Assembly (NCBI GenBank): GCA_046753765.1
Contig: JBHHUN010000004.1
Span: 5,359 to 69,358, forward strand
Direction: 5' to 3'
DNA: 64,000 nucleotides
Source: Candidatus Dojkabacteria bacterium
GTDB taxonomy: Bacteria > Patescibacteriota > Dojkabacteria > B142 > OLB20
Shown: positions 29,894-40,125 of the stretch, one piece after another
How positions within the stretch are numbered: position 1 is the first letter of the stretch
Layout: each line of letters opens with the position of its first letter
The notes under the pieces: generated by a model
Database searches by the model: none
Told to the model about the DNA's origin: nothing
Seen by the model: only the letters and a program-made list of their open reading frames with translations
Position numbers and translations under genes: made by a program

Positions 29894-30454
29894 CTAAATA
29901 TTGAGAGTCTCAGTAAAGTTATAGCTTTTGCCTTCAAATACGATCAATACCTTGATCTCGTATGCACCGTTATCGAGGATCTGTGAAAAACCGCTGGGAG
30001 AACTTATAGCCCGCTCAAACTCAAAGTAGTCAAAGCTTTCCGGTCCCAGGATGTTCCAAAAGATATCAAATTGCCCATTGCCACCATACTGGGAATTATT
30101 CACAAACGGCAAAGCTTCAAACTCAACTATCGACTCAGTATCTCCTCTTTTTGTGATGTCTGCTGTGATCTGTGCTGTGACAGTCTTGGTTGCCTGGATC
30201 TCAAAATCTTGCTGGATAGTGAAGCTGTAGCTAAATAACCCCAAACCTCCTACCATTACAGCAAGTGCTATGACAGAGTACAGCGATTTGCCGAGAAATC
30301 CATACTTTGGTTTCTCAAGGGTCCTGATTCGATGGATAAGATGGTTAACGTAGTAGACAATAGCCACAAAACTAATCAACGTAAAGACTCCGACTCCTAT
30401 CAGTGCGAAGCCCGTCAGTGAAAATGAAAATTCTGTACTAAAAAAATCCTGCAT
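29894..30454 (-). CDS. Hypothetical membrane protein (2 TM + extracellular beta domain)
   Basis: Two hydrophobic helices; last gene of the VirB4 operon. Confidence 0.7.
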   Translation of the reverse strand: MQDFFSTEFSFSLTGFALIGVGVFTLISFVAIVYYVNHLIHRIRTLEKPKYGFLGKSLYSVIALAVMVGGLGLFSYSFTIQQDFEIQATKTVTAQITADITKRGDTESIVEFEALPFVNNSQYGGNGQFDIFWNILGPESFDYFEFERAISSPSGFSQILDNGAYEIKVLIVFEGKSYNFTETLNI

Positions 30455-30491
30455 ACTATTGAGTTTGACCTTCTGGTGACTGATCACCGTT

Positions 30492-32486
30492 TCAGTCCAT
30501 TGCCCGGTTCAGGTCTACGTCTTGGAACGGTTTAGATTCAGCCTGTGCTCCCTTGATATTATCAGCTAGGTTATCTCTTGTCATCTTCGTAATATTGGTA
30601 GCCTTTGTAACTTTTTCGGGCTTTAGTATCTCCCTTGGATTAGTTGTGATAAGGTTGTGTTCGTTTTCGCTCGCAATGACCTGCATAGCAACGTGATTAT
30701 TCCCTGCAAAAAACAGCCCTTCACCAATACCCGATGCGAGCAGAAAATCTCTTTCTCCATCAGTAAGATTGAACACCTCCTGAATCTTCTCAATCGCTGC
30801 CGTCGATTGCTTTAATAAGATCTGAATAGACGAATTTGTAACAACTGCTTTGCCGTAGTCAGACGAGAGAAAGTCAGTCACATCCTGACTTATAGTTGTC
30901 AAACCAAGCGCATACTTTCTGGCACGTTTTGCGACAGAATACACAAACCTGGACGCATCATCGTATTGCATCATCCACCACGCCTCATCAATTATCAACA
31001 ATCGCTGCCGTCGATCTTTTTTGACACGTGTCCAGATGTAATCAAGCATCATGTACATTGCGATTGGCCTCAATTCATCAGTTAGATCCCTAATGCTGAA
31101 TACAGTAAAAGTATTTGTAATCTCCACATTGGATTTTCTATCAAATATTCCAGATGCACTCCCTTTGAGGTACCTCTCAAGTCTTCTGGCAAGACCGTGT
31201 GCTTCATCTTCTGCCATTGCGTTAAGTATTTTATAAAGATCTTCAAGTAATGGAGGATCACGTTTCTGAGTACTCGGGTCCGGAGAAATACCCTTTTCTT
31301 TGTACGTCAAAATAAGAGCTCTGTCTAAGATTGCGCTCTCAATGGGAGTTAAGTTACCGCCGACCATTATCCTCACAAGTCCATGCAAATAAAGGATTTT
31401 AAAGCGCAGCTCATCTTCATCTTTCTCGTAGATCCCCGAAAGCTCAAACGGGTTCAATTTCTGTGAACCATCCTGGCTAAAAGAAATGTACTCTCCCCCA
31501 ATAGTTTCAGTCAGTTTCTCATATTCCTTTTCTGGATCGATAATAATAACGTGCGTACCAAACATCAGGCTCCTCATCGCCTCTAATTTCACAAAGTAAC
31601 TTTTACCTGCACCGGAGGTCGCAAACACAACCATATTTGCATTCGGCATCTGGAAGCGATCAAACACTATCAGACTTTTATTGTGTTTATTCACACCGTA
31701 CATAATCCCGTCATCCATAGTAAGTTCAGAAGATACAAATGGAAATGTTGTCGCCAGGGAGGTCGTATCCATATTTCTTGTCAGATGGATCATATCGCGT
31801 GCGAGTGGCATAGTTGTTACAAATCCCTGCTCTTGCTGCAGTGACGCAATTTTGACAATCACACCTATTGCAGAGAGCGTTGATTCAACGTTTCTGGAAA
31901 TCTTTTCAAGCTCTTTAAGATTAGTGGCCCTGACGGTCACATAAAGCCCGAAGTGAAAGAACTTCTCATTTCCGCTGGCAATCTGTTCCTGCAGATCTTC
32001 GGCATCTTTTAGCGCCACCTTAACAGACGGATCGGGGATTTTCCCGGCTTCGATGTCCAGGTTCAACGTTGCCTGCATCTCTGCAATCTTTCGCTTCAGC
32101 CTCTGCATTATCATTGCAGAGTCAACTGGATAGTAGAAAGTGCTGATTGTCATCGGCTTCTCAAAGTTGATGAGCGGGGCGAGCCAGTTAGCTCCAACCC
32201 ACCTTGGAAAACCTGTTGCGAAAAACGTCCTGAAGTACTTCCCACCGATGAGCATATGATTGAAATCAATCTCGATTGCCGGGGGCGCAATAATGTCTTT
32301 CACATCCATCACGCCCTGAGAGAACATCTGTACTGCCTGCTCCTCCTGTGTGACAAGGTCAGGTTTGACCTGTACATCAACTTTATCACCTTGCACCTGC
32401 TTTTTTTGTTGTGCAGTAGCCTGTTGCTGCAACTGCTTCTGATCTACCTTTGCTTTCTTTTTTCCAAAAAATGATAGTATTGACAT
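30492..32486 (-). CDS. VirB4-like ATPase
   Basis: RNMDTTSLATTFPF, YGVNKHN, NANMVVFATSGAGKS (Walker A), IIDPEKEY, LIIDEAW (Walker B), KRARKY, SQDV. Confidence 0.9.
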   Translation of the reverse strand: MSILSFFGKKKAKVDQKQLQQQATAQQKKQVQGDKVDVQVKPDLVTQEEQAVQMFSQGVMDVKDIIAPPAIEIDFNHMLIGGKYFRTFFATGFPRWVGANWLAPLINFEKPMTISTFYYPVDSAMIMQRLKRKIAEMQATLNLDIEAGKIPDPSVKVALKDAEDLQEQIASGNEKFFHFGLYVTVRATNLKELEKISRNVESTLSAIGVIVKIASLQQEQGFVTTMPLARDMIHLTRNMDTTSLATTFPFVSSELTMDDGIMYGVNKHNKSLIVFDRFQMPNANMVVFATSGAGKSYFVKLEAMRSLMFGTHVIIIDPEKEYEKLTETIGGEYISFSQDGSQKLNPFELSGIYEKDEDELRFKILYLHGLVRIMVGGNLTPIESAILDRALILTYKEKGISPDPSTQKRDPPLLEDLYKILNAMAEDEAHGLARRLERYLKGSASGIFDRKSNVEITNTFTVFSIRDLTDELRPIAMYMMLDYIWTRVKKDRRQRLLIIDEAWWMMQYDDASRFVYSVAKRARKYALGLTTISQDVTDFLSSDYGKAVVTNSSIQILLKQSTAAIEKIQEVFNLTDGERDFLLASGIGEGLFFAGNNHVAMQVIASENEHNLITTNPREILKPEKVTKATNITKMTRDNLADNIKGAQAESKPFQDVDLNRAMD

Positions 32487-33208
32487 TAAATCTGTTGCTT
32501 CACATTAGATAAATTATCATCCTGCAGTTTGTCGGTGAGTGGCTCAACAATACTAGATGTAAACTGAGTTGGTGAAAGCTCAAGTTTGGAGAGACCGGGT
32601 CTGTCAGGATCATACATCGAATAATACAATCGTATTAACTCATCATTGGTCAGCTGACGAGCACTTATATTCATTCTCTTGAACTGCTTGATCAAATGAT
32701 CTCTTTTCGGATAGATTTTCACCTTTGTCTTCTGAAGGATACTTTTTATGTTTGTTATTTTGGGCTTCTGTCCAAATATCTGTTTAATTGTGCTAGTGCG
32801 TTGTACAGCCGCAACTACCTCAGGGATCACAACAAAGAAGCGCTTATCAAGAACCTCTGTGTTAAATGTTAGATTACGAATGAAACTGATGTATATGTCG
32901 ATCTGCCTCTTGAGCGCATTTGATATCTGCTGCTCCCGATATGCCTGCAGCTTCTCGATATACGCCGATAGATCAGAGCGCTCTGTTTTAATTACGATCT
33001 GCATCTGAAACTGCAATGAATTCATGAGCGCAGCAAATGCAACTATTTTTGCATCCTGTTCACGCTCTGAGAGCAGCTCAAAATTCAGTGCTGAAGTTTC
33101 CATCACCATAGAGACATTCCCATTCTTTAGAATCACCAGATCATCTCTGATGTCCTCGATCTCGAGGTGAGCCTGCGTTGTTATCTCTGATTGTGAAAAA
33201 ATCCCCAT
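32486..33208 (-). CDS. VirB4-associated protein (TraC/VirB4 N-terminal-like)
   Basis: TQAHLEIEDIRDDLVILKNG, ALNFELLSEREQDA, LDKRFFVVIP. Confidence 0.75.
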   Translation of the reverse strand: MGIFSQSEITTQAHLEIEDIRDDLVILKNGNVSMVMETSALNFELLSEREQDAKIVAFAALMNSLQFQMQIVIKTERSDLSAYIEKLQAYREQQISNALKRQIDIYISFIRNLTFNTEVLDKRFFVVIPEVVAAVQRTSTIKQIFGQKPKITNIKSILQKTKVKIYPKRDHLIKQFKRMNISARQLTNDELIRLYYSMYDPDRPGLSKLELSPTQFTSSIVEPLTDKLQDDNLSNVKQQI

Positions 33209-34314
33209 TATTTAGCGCTGAACTTGTAATTTGGAAGCGGTTCTCCTGATAGTATAAGCTGAAACCTGTTAAATTTGAAACCATCAGCTTCAAGGTCAAT
33301 ATGATACGTTGCACTCGGAAGTGGTGTATTAAGACTGAATGTACCGTTCTGGGCGGAGACGACCCTTCTAACCAGCTTCTCTTTAAGATCCTTAACGCTG
33401 ATAGCAACATTAGGGATTGGCCTATTATTTTTATCCATCACTATACCAACGATAAGGTTTGGCTTACGGGTGCCGGGAACGTTCTCTTCAGTTTGTTCTT
33501 TTTTTGTTGTCTCTGCCTCAACCTCAACCTTGGTTTGCTGAACGGTCTGTTGCTTCGGCTCTTCCGGTGCTTTCTTTTCTGTCTGAAGAGGCCTGTTCAC
33601 CTTAGCTGTTCCCATATCAGTTACTACAGCAGCATAGTCCTCACCCTTGACCACAACTTCGCCTTCTATCGTTTTAGAAGCAATGTCACCAGCCAGGTTA
33701 TCCTGTCCGGGATCAATTCTGATTGTTCTTGGCTGAGGTGGTGGTGCAGTAACAGATGGTGGGGATTTCGGTGGTTTGACATCTCTTTTTACTTCTTCAA
33801 CCCTCGCGGTTTTTTTCTCGAGATCTTCTACAGCGAAATCAAAGTGCTGTTCTATCTGCGACAGTCTCGAACTCTCAACCTTATCTAAGGTGGGATCGGA
33901 ACGCTGTGAGAGAATTTCAAGTGGAAGCACAGATGATTTTCGCATTGCTTTCTCAGATTTTTGAATCCTCTCGATATCTTTCTTTTTTACCATTGACTTT
34001 TCTTCTTTCAAAATCTCTGGAATTACAGCTTTTTTCCTCCATACTCTCTGCTGGGAGGTGAATAGAGCGAGAACAAAATTCGCAATAAAGACCGTTGATG
34101 GCTGTCCGTTAATCTTAACCAGAGAAGTAAAGGCTCCCATTAATACTGAGAAGATTATCAGTACCACTCTCAAAATTACGGGGAAACCCGTAAAATAGAT
34201 AATAAGAGCGACTATGAAGCCGCCTGCAAGGTATCCAAACTGTCTAATGGTTAGGGCACCGAACAGTTTGAATTCCACGTCCATTATATTCTGTGGAACT
34301 GAATGCCTCTCCAT
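33208..34314 (-). CDS. PrgI-family protein (VirB3-like) with C-terminal carboxypeptidase-regulatory-like domain
   Basis: HSVPQNIMDVEFKLFGALTIRQF, two TM helices, C-terminal GIVMDKNNRPIPNV...NGTFSL. Confidence 0.8.
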   Translation of the reverse strand: MERHSVPQNIMDVEFKLFGALTIRQFGYLAGGFIVALIIYFTGFPVILRVVLIIFSVLMGAFTSLVKINGQPSTVFIANFVLALFTSQQRVWRKKAVIPEILKEEKSMVKKKDIERIQKSEKAMRKSSVLPLEILSQRSDPTLDKVESSRLSQIEQHFDFAVEDLEKKTARVEEVKRDVKPPKSPPSVTAPPPQPRTIRIDPGQDNLAGDIASKTIEGEVVVKGEDYAAVVTDMGTAKVNRPLQTEKKAPEEPKQQTVQQTKVEVEAETTKKEQTEENVPGTRKPNLIVGIVMDKNNRPIPNVAISVKDLKEKLVRRVVSAQNGTFSLNTPLPSATYHIDLEADGFKFNRFQLILSGEPLPNYKFSAK

Positions 34315-34331
34315 TTTGTATGCTAATGCAA

Positions 34332-34796
34332 CTAATCTACACTTATGATCTTAAACTCAATCTCTCCGACTGGCAAAGGAACCTTAATCCTGTCGCCCTT
34401 CTTCATGCCTTTAAGCGCGTCTCCAATCGGTGAGCTTATCGATATCCTTCCCTTTGTAGAATCTGCCTCGTTGTCTCCAACAAGCTCAAAACTTTGCTCA
34501 GTGTTGCTTGCAATGTTTTGTATCTTCACCTTGCTTCCGATACTAATGATACTACCGCTTTTCTTGCTTTTCACAACAGAGTTGTTAATGATCCCTTCAA
34601 TCTTTTTAATGCGATTTTCATTGAACTCTTTGCTTTCGAGAGCTGAGCTATACGCTGCATTTTCACTGAGATCGCCCTGTTGTCTTGCTTTATCGATGTC
34701 GTCTGCAATTTTGATGCGCGTCACCGATTTGCGCTCCGTAAGCTCACTCATTAACTCACTCAAACCTGATTTTGTTAAAACCGTTTTATCATCCAT
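34332..34796 (-). CDS. greA: Transcription elongation factor GreA
   Basis: ARQQGDLSENAAY, ISISSPIGDAL. Confidence 0.95.
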   Translation of the reverse strand: MDDKTVLTKSGLSELMSELTERKSVTRIKIADDIDKARQQGDLSENAAYSSALESKEFNENRIKKIEGIINNSVVKSKKSGSIISIGSKVKIQNIASNTEQSFELVGDNEADSTKGRISISSPIGDALKGMKKGDRIKVPLPVGEIEFKIISVD

Positions 34797-37700
34797 CCTG
34801 GGAAATTTCGAAACTAAAACTTTTCATCCCATCCATAACCCCAGTGTATACGTAACTCTGGTCCTGCCTGATATAGCTGTTGTCATCGGGAACAATGTTC
34901 AGAGATGGATCAAAGTTCAACTCTATGTCGTAGTTGGCAACTATGCCGGGACTCTTTATTAGGTCCAATGAATAATTATAACTCGCATTCGCGCTATTTT
35001 CAAAAGGCAATGTTGTAAACGAGGTTGAGTACTTCAAATCATCATCCTCCTGAAAGATTACACAGGCCTTATCCAAGGTGAAGTTAGATGTCACCAGATT
35101 ATCTTTCACACCGGAGAATGAAAAGTCTTTGGAACCACCAGGAGTACACAAATATGTATTTTGAATACTTTCCACTCCAGCCGAGTTAATCTCAACTGTT
35201 TTACTGGTGGTCATATCTTTGTTTACGTTTATGGTTGCACTGATGGTAATCAGTGGAAACTTATTTATTATTACGTCTTTCTGGTCGTAATTCAGGCCGA
35301 AGATTAATGAGTCGATTGACTTATCACCAGTTGGATCAGAAACATTGATGTAATTTTTAATCTGGATGTCATCTGCATACATTGGAAACTCACCAGCAGC
35401 ACGCGAGTCGCTTAGGATACTGAATGTCTCAAGAAAATCACCCTGAAAATCACTAAACTCCCTTTCAATTACCTTAGCAAACAGGTTGAGTACAATCTCG
35501 TTTCGAAAATCCTGGGTAGGTTTATCCCCCAACAACAGATTGATATTAGCCAAGAGGTTGGCTGAATTAAATTCGAGCTGTTGAAACTCTACCGACCCCC
35601 CACTATCGAGGAACTTCAGCAGTGTATTCAGGTTCACATCCATGACAACATCTGTTTGCCGGCTTTCTCTGGATTCGTAGTAATCCTTGTACGTTTTAAG
35701 AAATACCTGCTGATCACCGATGAGGCTTAGATCCCCCAACTCGATATTGTTTCTATTCACATCTTTATTCGAAAGAAGGTTGATCTCGCCGAGTGCGCTG
35801 TTTGAGACAGCAACGAAGTCCGAATCGAGGTCGGCTGTAGATTTAATGACGATATTCTTTACAACCCCAGACTCCATCTCAAAAGAGATAGTGCCAGCAA
35901 CCTCCCCACCTGCTGCGGAGTACCTGACGTTATCAGATACTACGAGTAGGTACGTCTTCTTGCCGTCATTGCCAAGTAACAGCGGTAAGAAATGATATGA
36001 CTTCTGAAGATGCTTCAGGTTAAGTACCTGTTTTTGCAGCAGGGTTAGGTTTCCGCCTATGACATCCTGTGCGTACTCTGGGAGGGAATCATGTTTTGCA
36101 CTCAGATCAAGGCTTGCCTTTTCAACCCTGTCTATGCCAATCCTAAAAAGTGAATCGCCATCACGCATCTCTTCGATTAACAGATTATAGTTACCACCAC
36201 CTGCAGCTGTTAGCATATTCGAATCGCTGAATCTGTACGTGATACCTGATTGAAACTGATCAATGTATGTAGTAAATGGCTCAAGAGCCGTAAATACGTC
36301 CTCAAGCCCCGTAGTAAACTGCACGCCATCGGCACTATAATTCTGAAGGTCGAGGTACATTTGCCTGTTTTGAGTCAGATCGAATAGATACTGAAGATCT
36401 TTTAGACGCTCTTGAGCCTCAAGTAAATGCGCTTTCAGTGTTTTGTTGTAATCCGCACTCGCTCTTAGATCAAACTGCTGCCCCGAAACTGCCAGACTCT
36501 CCAGGTTAGTTCGAATGAAGAAGATATTTTTTGCCAGACTTAGCGCAGGCGAAATCAAGATGAAGTAAACTGCCACAAAGGCAACAAGACCCATTGTTAT
36601 GAATAGTAGATCCGTTTGTGTTATGCTTCTTAGGAAATAGAATCGCTTTTTTACAGCGATGAAGATGTCATTAAATTTATAGCTCGCCTTCTCAAATAGC
36701 GTACGCCCCTGCTCGGGCGCCAGGCGCTTTCTGAGCTTGTTGTTTGCTACAACTATACTTCCCTTGCGTGCCTTTTCCTGGCTTTTCCTCTCAGTTATGA
36801 GCCTGTTCAACGCCCCCCCCAGTGTCTCCGGAGACTCTGGCTCTTCCTCTTCTTGACTATTGTTTCTTTCTATAATGAAAAAAAAGTCTCTGATCTTCGC
36901 CAGGAGTCCTCCTTGTGTTACTTTTGTTTTCCTTCCCCCACCCTCGGAATCATTGTCTCTATCATCTCTGCTACGAGGATTTGCAATCTCTTCACGAATA
37001 TAGTCAAGTGATTGCGCAAGGGCACGCTCAAGGCTCACCCTTGGGCTCCATCCAATTGAATGTAAGTTTGGAGCTGGTTTATACAGTTTCAGTGGAGGCA
37101 AGTAGTTATCGTTCTGATCAAACAGGATCTCTTTTGATTTTGGCTCCAGTTCAAGAAGTTTGTATGCAATTGAGAGAATCGTGACTTCTTCTTCATTTGC
37201 AAGTGTAAAAATCTTGCCCTTGGTGTTCATTGAAAACTGGGCTTTTAGTATCCCGTAAGCCGCATCGAGATGATGAATATAAAAATCTGTATCTAGGCCA
37301 TCGCCAGGTATCTTGAGGTTCTCCCCTTTTATTGCTGAGTACATCAACTCTACTATCTTTGAGCCAGGATCAAGCTCCATCCCATTTCCAATAATTTGCC
37401 CTACCCTTATGACGCGCGCATCTATACCAACTTTCTCCTCATATTCCTGTACCAGGCTCTCGGCGTACTTCTGAATCTCCATATCCGTATACACCTGATG
37501 GCCTGTCTTGGAACCAGAACCAAAGTTAATATCCAATTCACCCCTGGCAAGCACTAACTGATGTGCTTTTATTGACGTTGTAAGTAGAAACTTTGCCTCA
37601 AATTTGGTTGTCAGATCAAGGATTGAGTCCAGATAGTTTGAAGACTGTAAGAAATCCTGTGATGACACCTTTGAATCAAGGTCAGATGTCTTGTGCTGCA

Positions 37701-37953
37701 AATAAAACACATAGTCCAACCTTCTGAGATCTTCGTGTAGCTCAGACAACGCTGAGAAATCTAGAAGAGTAAAAAGCTTGTAATCACCCAGTTGACTGAG
37801 TAATCTCTGTGTTTCTTTTCCGTCTCTATCAACAATAATCACGTACCCTCCTTGTTCAAGAAGTGACTTCGCGAGCTCAATACCGAGCTGATCAGCTCCC
37901 CTGACAATCACTGATGTTGGATATCTAATTGTGTTTTGTAGAGCTTTTGACAT
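34789..37953 (-). CDS. SDR/NAD-epimerase-like domain + TM + DUF4012-like extracellular domain
   Basis: Degenerate Rossmann GADQLG, IPGDGL, GWSPRVSLERAL; TM near residues 450-470; LLGNDGKKTYLLVVSDNVRYSAAGG resembles DUF4012. Confidence 0.7.
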   Translation of the reverse strand: MSKALQNTIRYPTSVIVRGADQLGIELAKSLLEQGGYVIIVDRDGKETQRLLSQLGDYKLFTLLDFSALSELHEDLRRLDYVFYLQHKTSDLDSKVSSQDFLQSSNYLDSILDLTTKFEAKFLLTTSIKAHQLVLARGELDINFGSGSKTGHQVYTDMEIQKYAESLVQEYEEKVGIDARVIRVGQIIGNGMELDPGSKIVELMYSAIKGENLKIPGDGLDTDFYIHHLDAAYGILKAQFSMNTKGKIFTLANEEEVTILSIAYKLLELEPKSKEILFDQNDNYLPPLKLYKPAPNLHSIGWSPRVSLERALAQSLDYIREEIANPRSRDDRDNDSEGGGRKTKVTQGGLLAKIRDFFFIIERNNSQEEEEPESPETLGGALNRLITERKSQEKARKGSIVVANNKLRKRLAPEQGRTLFEKASYKFNDIFIAVKKRFYFLRSITQTDLLFITMGLVAFVAVYFILISPALSLAKNIFFIRTNLESLAVSGQQFDLRASADYNKTLKAHLLEAQERLKDLQYLFDLTQNRQMYLDLQNYSADGVQFTTGLEDVFTALEPFTTYIDQFQSGITYRFSDSNMLTAAGGGNYNLLIEEMRDGDSLFRIGIDRVEKASLDLSAKHDSLPEYAQDVIGGNLTLLQKQVLNLKHLQKSYHFLPLLLGNDGKKTYLLVVSDNVRYSAAGGEVAGTISFEMESGVVKNIVIKSTADLDSDFVAVSNSALGEINLLSNKDVNRNNIELGDLSLIGDQQVFLKTYKDYYESRESRQTDVVMDVNLNTLLKFLDSGGSVEFQQLEFNSANLLANINLLLGDKPTQDFRNEIVLNLFAKVIEREFSDFQGDFLETFSILSDSRAAGEFPMYADDIQIKNYINVSDPTGDKSIDSLIFGLNYDQKDVIINKFPLITISATINVNKDMTTSKTVEINSAGVESIQNTYLCTPGGSKDFSFSGVKDNLVTSNFTLDKACVIFQEDDDLKYSTSFTTLPFENSANASYNYSLDLIKSPGIVANYDIELNFDPSLNIVPDDNSYIRQDQSYVYTGVMDGMKSFSFEISQDG

Positions 37954-38637
37954 CTATTCAGTTACTATATTGATAGGTCTTGCAAATAGATTGATCTCTA
38001 TTGTCAGAATTGTGTCTTTTAACTTGTCCCTCTCTTCCTGAGATTCAGGCAATACAATGATTTCGAGCTCATCGTAGCCGTCTTTTTCAAAACGTAGTTT
38101 ACGCTGATCGCTTATGTCAAGATTTACGTCTTTAAGTGGTGTTTCACCAATAAACTGATTATCAAGAAATACATTGATTTTTTCCGGGCTGGAAAAAATC
38201 TCCAGCAACGGGCTTCCAGGCGATGCAAAGCTTTTTCTTGCATAAAGAATATGCCCTTCCGAGAACGTTTCACTTGGACCAATCTCGTACCCTACAATCA
38301 CGTCGATCTGTGGCTCAAAGTTGATCTTGCGAACAACCTCTTCATAATCCTCGTGGTTCCTCCTCCTTAGCAACACTGTGTGTTCTCCGGGATCTATAGG
38401 AAAAATCTCTAAAAGATCGGTCTCTGGAGAAGCAGTATCTCTATATTCACCATCAATAAATATATCTATCTCACCTGTTAAGGATTTTACTTTGAGTGCC
38501 GAGAATTCCTCTTTAGCCTCAATCCCGAGAAGATTTGTAAGACTCAGGTTCCAGTTTTGCCATGGGGACCACACCGCAAGCACGAGCAGGCCAGACAATA
38601 TCAGTATTACTAACGCTATCTTTTTTAGTATATTCAT
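37954..38637 (-). CDS. PEGA-domain protein
   Basis: N-terminal TM; IFIDG...PGEHTV; IFSSPEKINVFLDNQFIGETPL...EKDGY. Confidence 0.8.
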   Translation of the reverse strand: MNILKKIALVILILSGLLVLAVWSPWQNWNLSLTNLLGIEAKEEFSALKVKSLTGEIDIFIDGEYRDTASPETDLLEIFPIDPGEHTVLLRRRNHEDYEEVVRKINFEPQIDVIVGYEIGPSETFSEGHILYARKSFASPGSPLLEIFSSPEKINVFLDNQFIGETPLKDVNLDISDQRKLRFEKDGYDELEIIVLPESQEERDKLKDTILTIEINLFARPINIVTE

Positions 38638-38678
38638 TGCAATTCAAAGCCACCCTCTCCAGGGAGGACTTATGAAAA

Positions 38679-38687
38679 ATTATAGCA
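38679..38687 (-). promoter_or_regulatory. Extended -10 promoter of the PEGA-greA-virB4 operon
   Basis: TGCTATAAT on the minus strand between rpsI and the PEGA gene. Confidence 0.6.
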
Positions 38688-38742
38688 GTTGGCAAGACCC
38701 ATGACTACAGGGGAATCCTGATTAATTTTGTGTTTTGGAGAC

Positions 38743-39147
38743 TTAGCGCTTGGAGTATTGCTCTGCTTTGCGGGCTTTTCGAAGACCGGTCTTCTTTCTT
38801 TCCACCATGCGTGGATCACGAGTAAGAAAACCATGCTTTTTAAGTTCACCACGAAAAGTTGGATCAACAAGAAGCAGCGCTCTAGAAAGGGCGTGCCTGA
38901 TAGCCCCCGCCTGTCCTCTTACGCCACCACCTACAGTTTTGGCGGTGAAGTAAAAGCTGCCGGCTTTGCCGAGAACAGCAAAGGGTTCTAAAATGTACTT
39001 CTGATCTGATTTCCCAGGATATCGCTCTTCAAAAGTCTTGTCATTAACACTTGATTGTCCCTTGCCGGAAAACAAACGAATAGTTGCCACAGCATTTTTT
39101 CTGCGTCCTTTTGCGTAAGCATATTTTGCCAATTTTGCGTCTGCCAT
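38743..39147 (-). CDS. rpsI: 30S ribosomal protein S9
   Basis: GRRKNAVA, LTRDPRMVERKK, QYSKR. Confidence 0.98.
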   Translation of the reverse strand: MADAKLAKYAYAKGRRKNAVATIRLFSGKGQSSVNDKTFEERYPGKSDQKYILEPFAVLGKAGSFYFTAKTVGGGVRGQAGAIRHALSRALLLVDPTFRGELKKHGFLTRDPRMVERKKTGLRKARKAEQYSKR

Positions 39148-39152
39148 GTTAG

Positions 39153-39587
39153 TTATTTAAGTTTAATTTCAGTAGGTTTTTGAGACTCATGTGCGTGCTT
39201 GCTACCTTCAAACACATACAGATTACTAAACATCTCTCTACCCAGCTTTGTCTTTGGAAGCATCCCCTTTACAGCCTTCTCTATGACTAGATTTGGTTTT
39301 CGCTCTAGAAGACTCCCGAGCTTCTCTACTTTCAGGTTACCAATGTATCCTGAGTGTCTGTAGTACTTCTTCTGCTCAAGTTTTCTGTGATAAACATCAA
39401 GTTTGGCTGAATTAATCACAATGACGGCATCGCCATTGTCCATGTTGGTTGTTTTACTAACTTTGTGCTTCCCAATCAGTAGTTTAGCAACCTCACTGGC
39501 AATCTTGCCCAACCGAACCCCACTGGCATCAACGATAAACCAGTCTCGCTTTAGCTCGGATTTTTTTATTGCTCTGGTTAGTTTCAT
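39153..39587 (-). CDS. rplM: 50S ribosomal protein L13
   Basis: WFIVDA, YYRHSGYIG, AVKGMLPK. Confidence 0.98.
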   Translation of the reverse strand: MKLTRAIKKSELKRDWFIVDASGVRLGKIASEVAKLLIGKHKVSKTTNMDNGDAVIVINSAKLDVYHRKLEQKKYYRHSGYIGNLKVEKLGSLLERKPNLVIEKAVKGMLPKTKLGREMFSNLYVFEGSKHAHESQKPTEIKLK

Positions 39588-40120
39588 TATATTCCTGATC
39601 TTGATTTAGCTTTACCCTGTACAGAATCCGCCTTCACTTGGCTTGATCGGGCTGTGTCTCTCATTGCACTCGGCCCCACCTCATCGGCTTGTTTTTCCTG
39701 TTTCTTTGTTTTTTTACTTTTCTTACTTCCAGCTTCTTTCGATTTGGTACCAATATCTTTATACGTATAGCCTTTTACAAACATCTGCACCATTTCAGCG
39801 TTGTCACCGGATCTGTTGCCAAGTTTATACAAACTAATAAATCCGCTTTTATCGTTTTTAAACCTGGGTTTAAAAACCTCCATAACTTTGCTAACTGCAT
39901 TTTGGTCAAATAGCATCTGCCCAAGCTTACGTTTTGCAAGTGGGTCAGCCTTTCTAGACACACTTATAAGTTTATCAAACAAAGGAATGACCGCCTTTGC
40001 ACGCGAACGTGTCGTGCTTACATGCTCATAAAGCACGAGGCTGGTAAGCAGGTTTTTCTTAACTGCCGTCCTGTGCGCTTTATCTCTGTTTAGTTTTGAC
40101 AGATGTTTCTTTGAATCCAT
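39587..40120 (-). CDS. rplQ: 50S ribosomal protein L17 (C-terminal extension)
   Basis: KLNRDKAHR, TTRSRAK, RSGDNAEM; follows rpoA. Confidence 0.95.
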   Translation of the reverse strand: MDSKKHLSKLNRDKAHRTAVKKNLLTSLVLYEHVSTTRSRAKAVIPLFDKLISVSRKADPLAKRKLGQMLFDQNAVSKVMEVFKPRFKNDKSGFISLYKLGNRSGDNAEMVQMFVKGYTYKDIGTKSKEAGSKKSKKTKKQEKQADEVGPSAMRDTARSSQVKADSVQGKAKSRSGI

Positions 40121-40125
40121 AAGTG

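Noticed and set aside
29894-34314. Integrative conjugative element
   Set aside because: No relaxase, coupling protein, integrase or att repeats; the genes are embedded among housekeeping genes with host-like composition.
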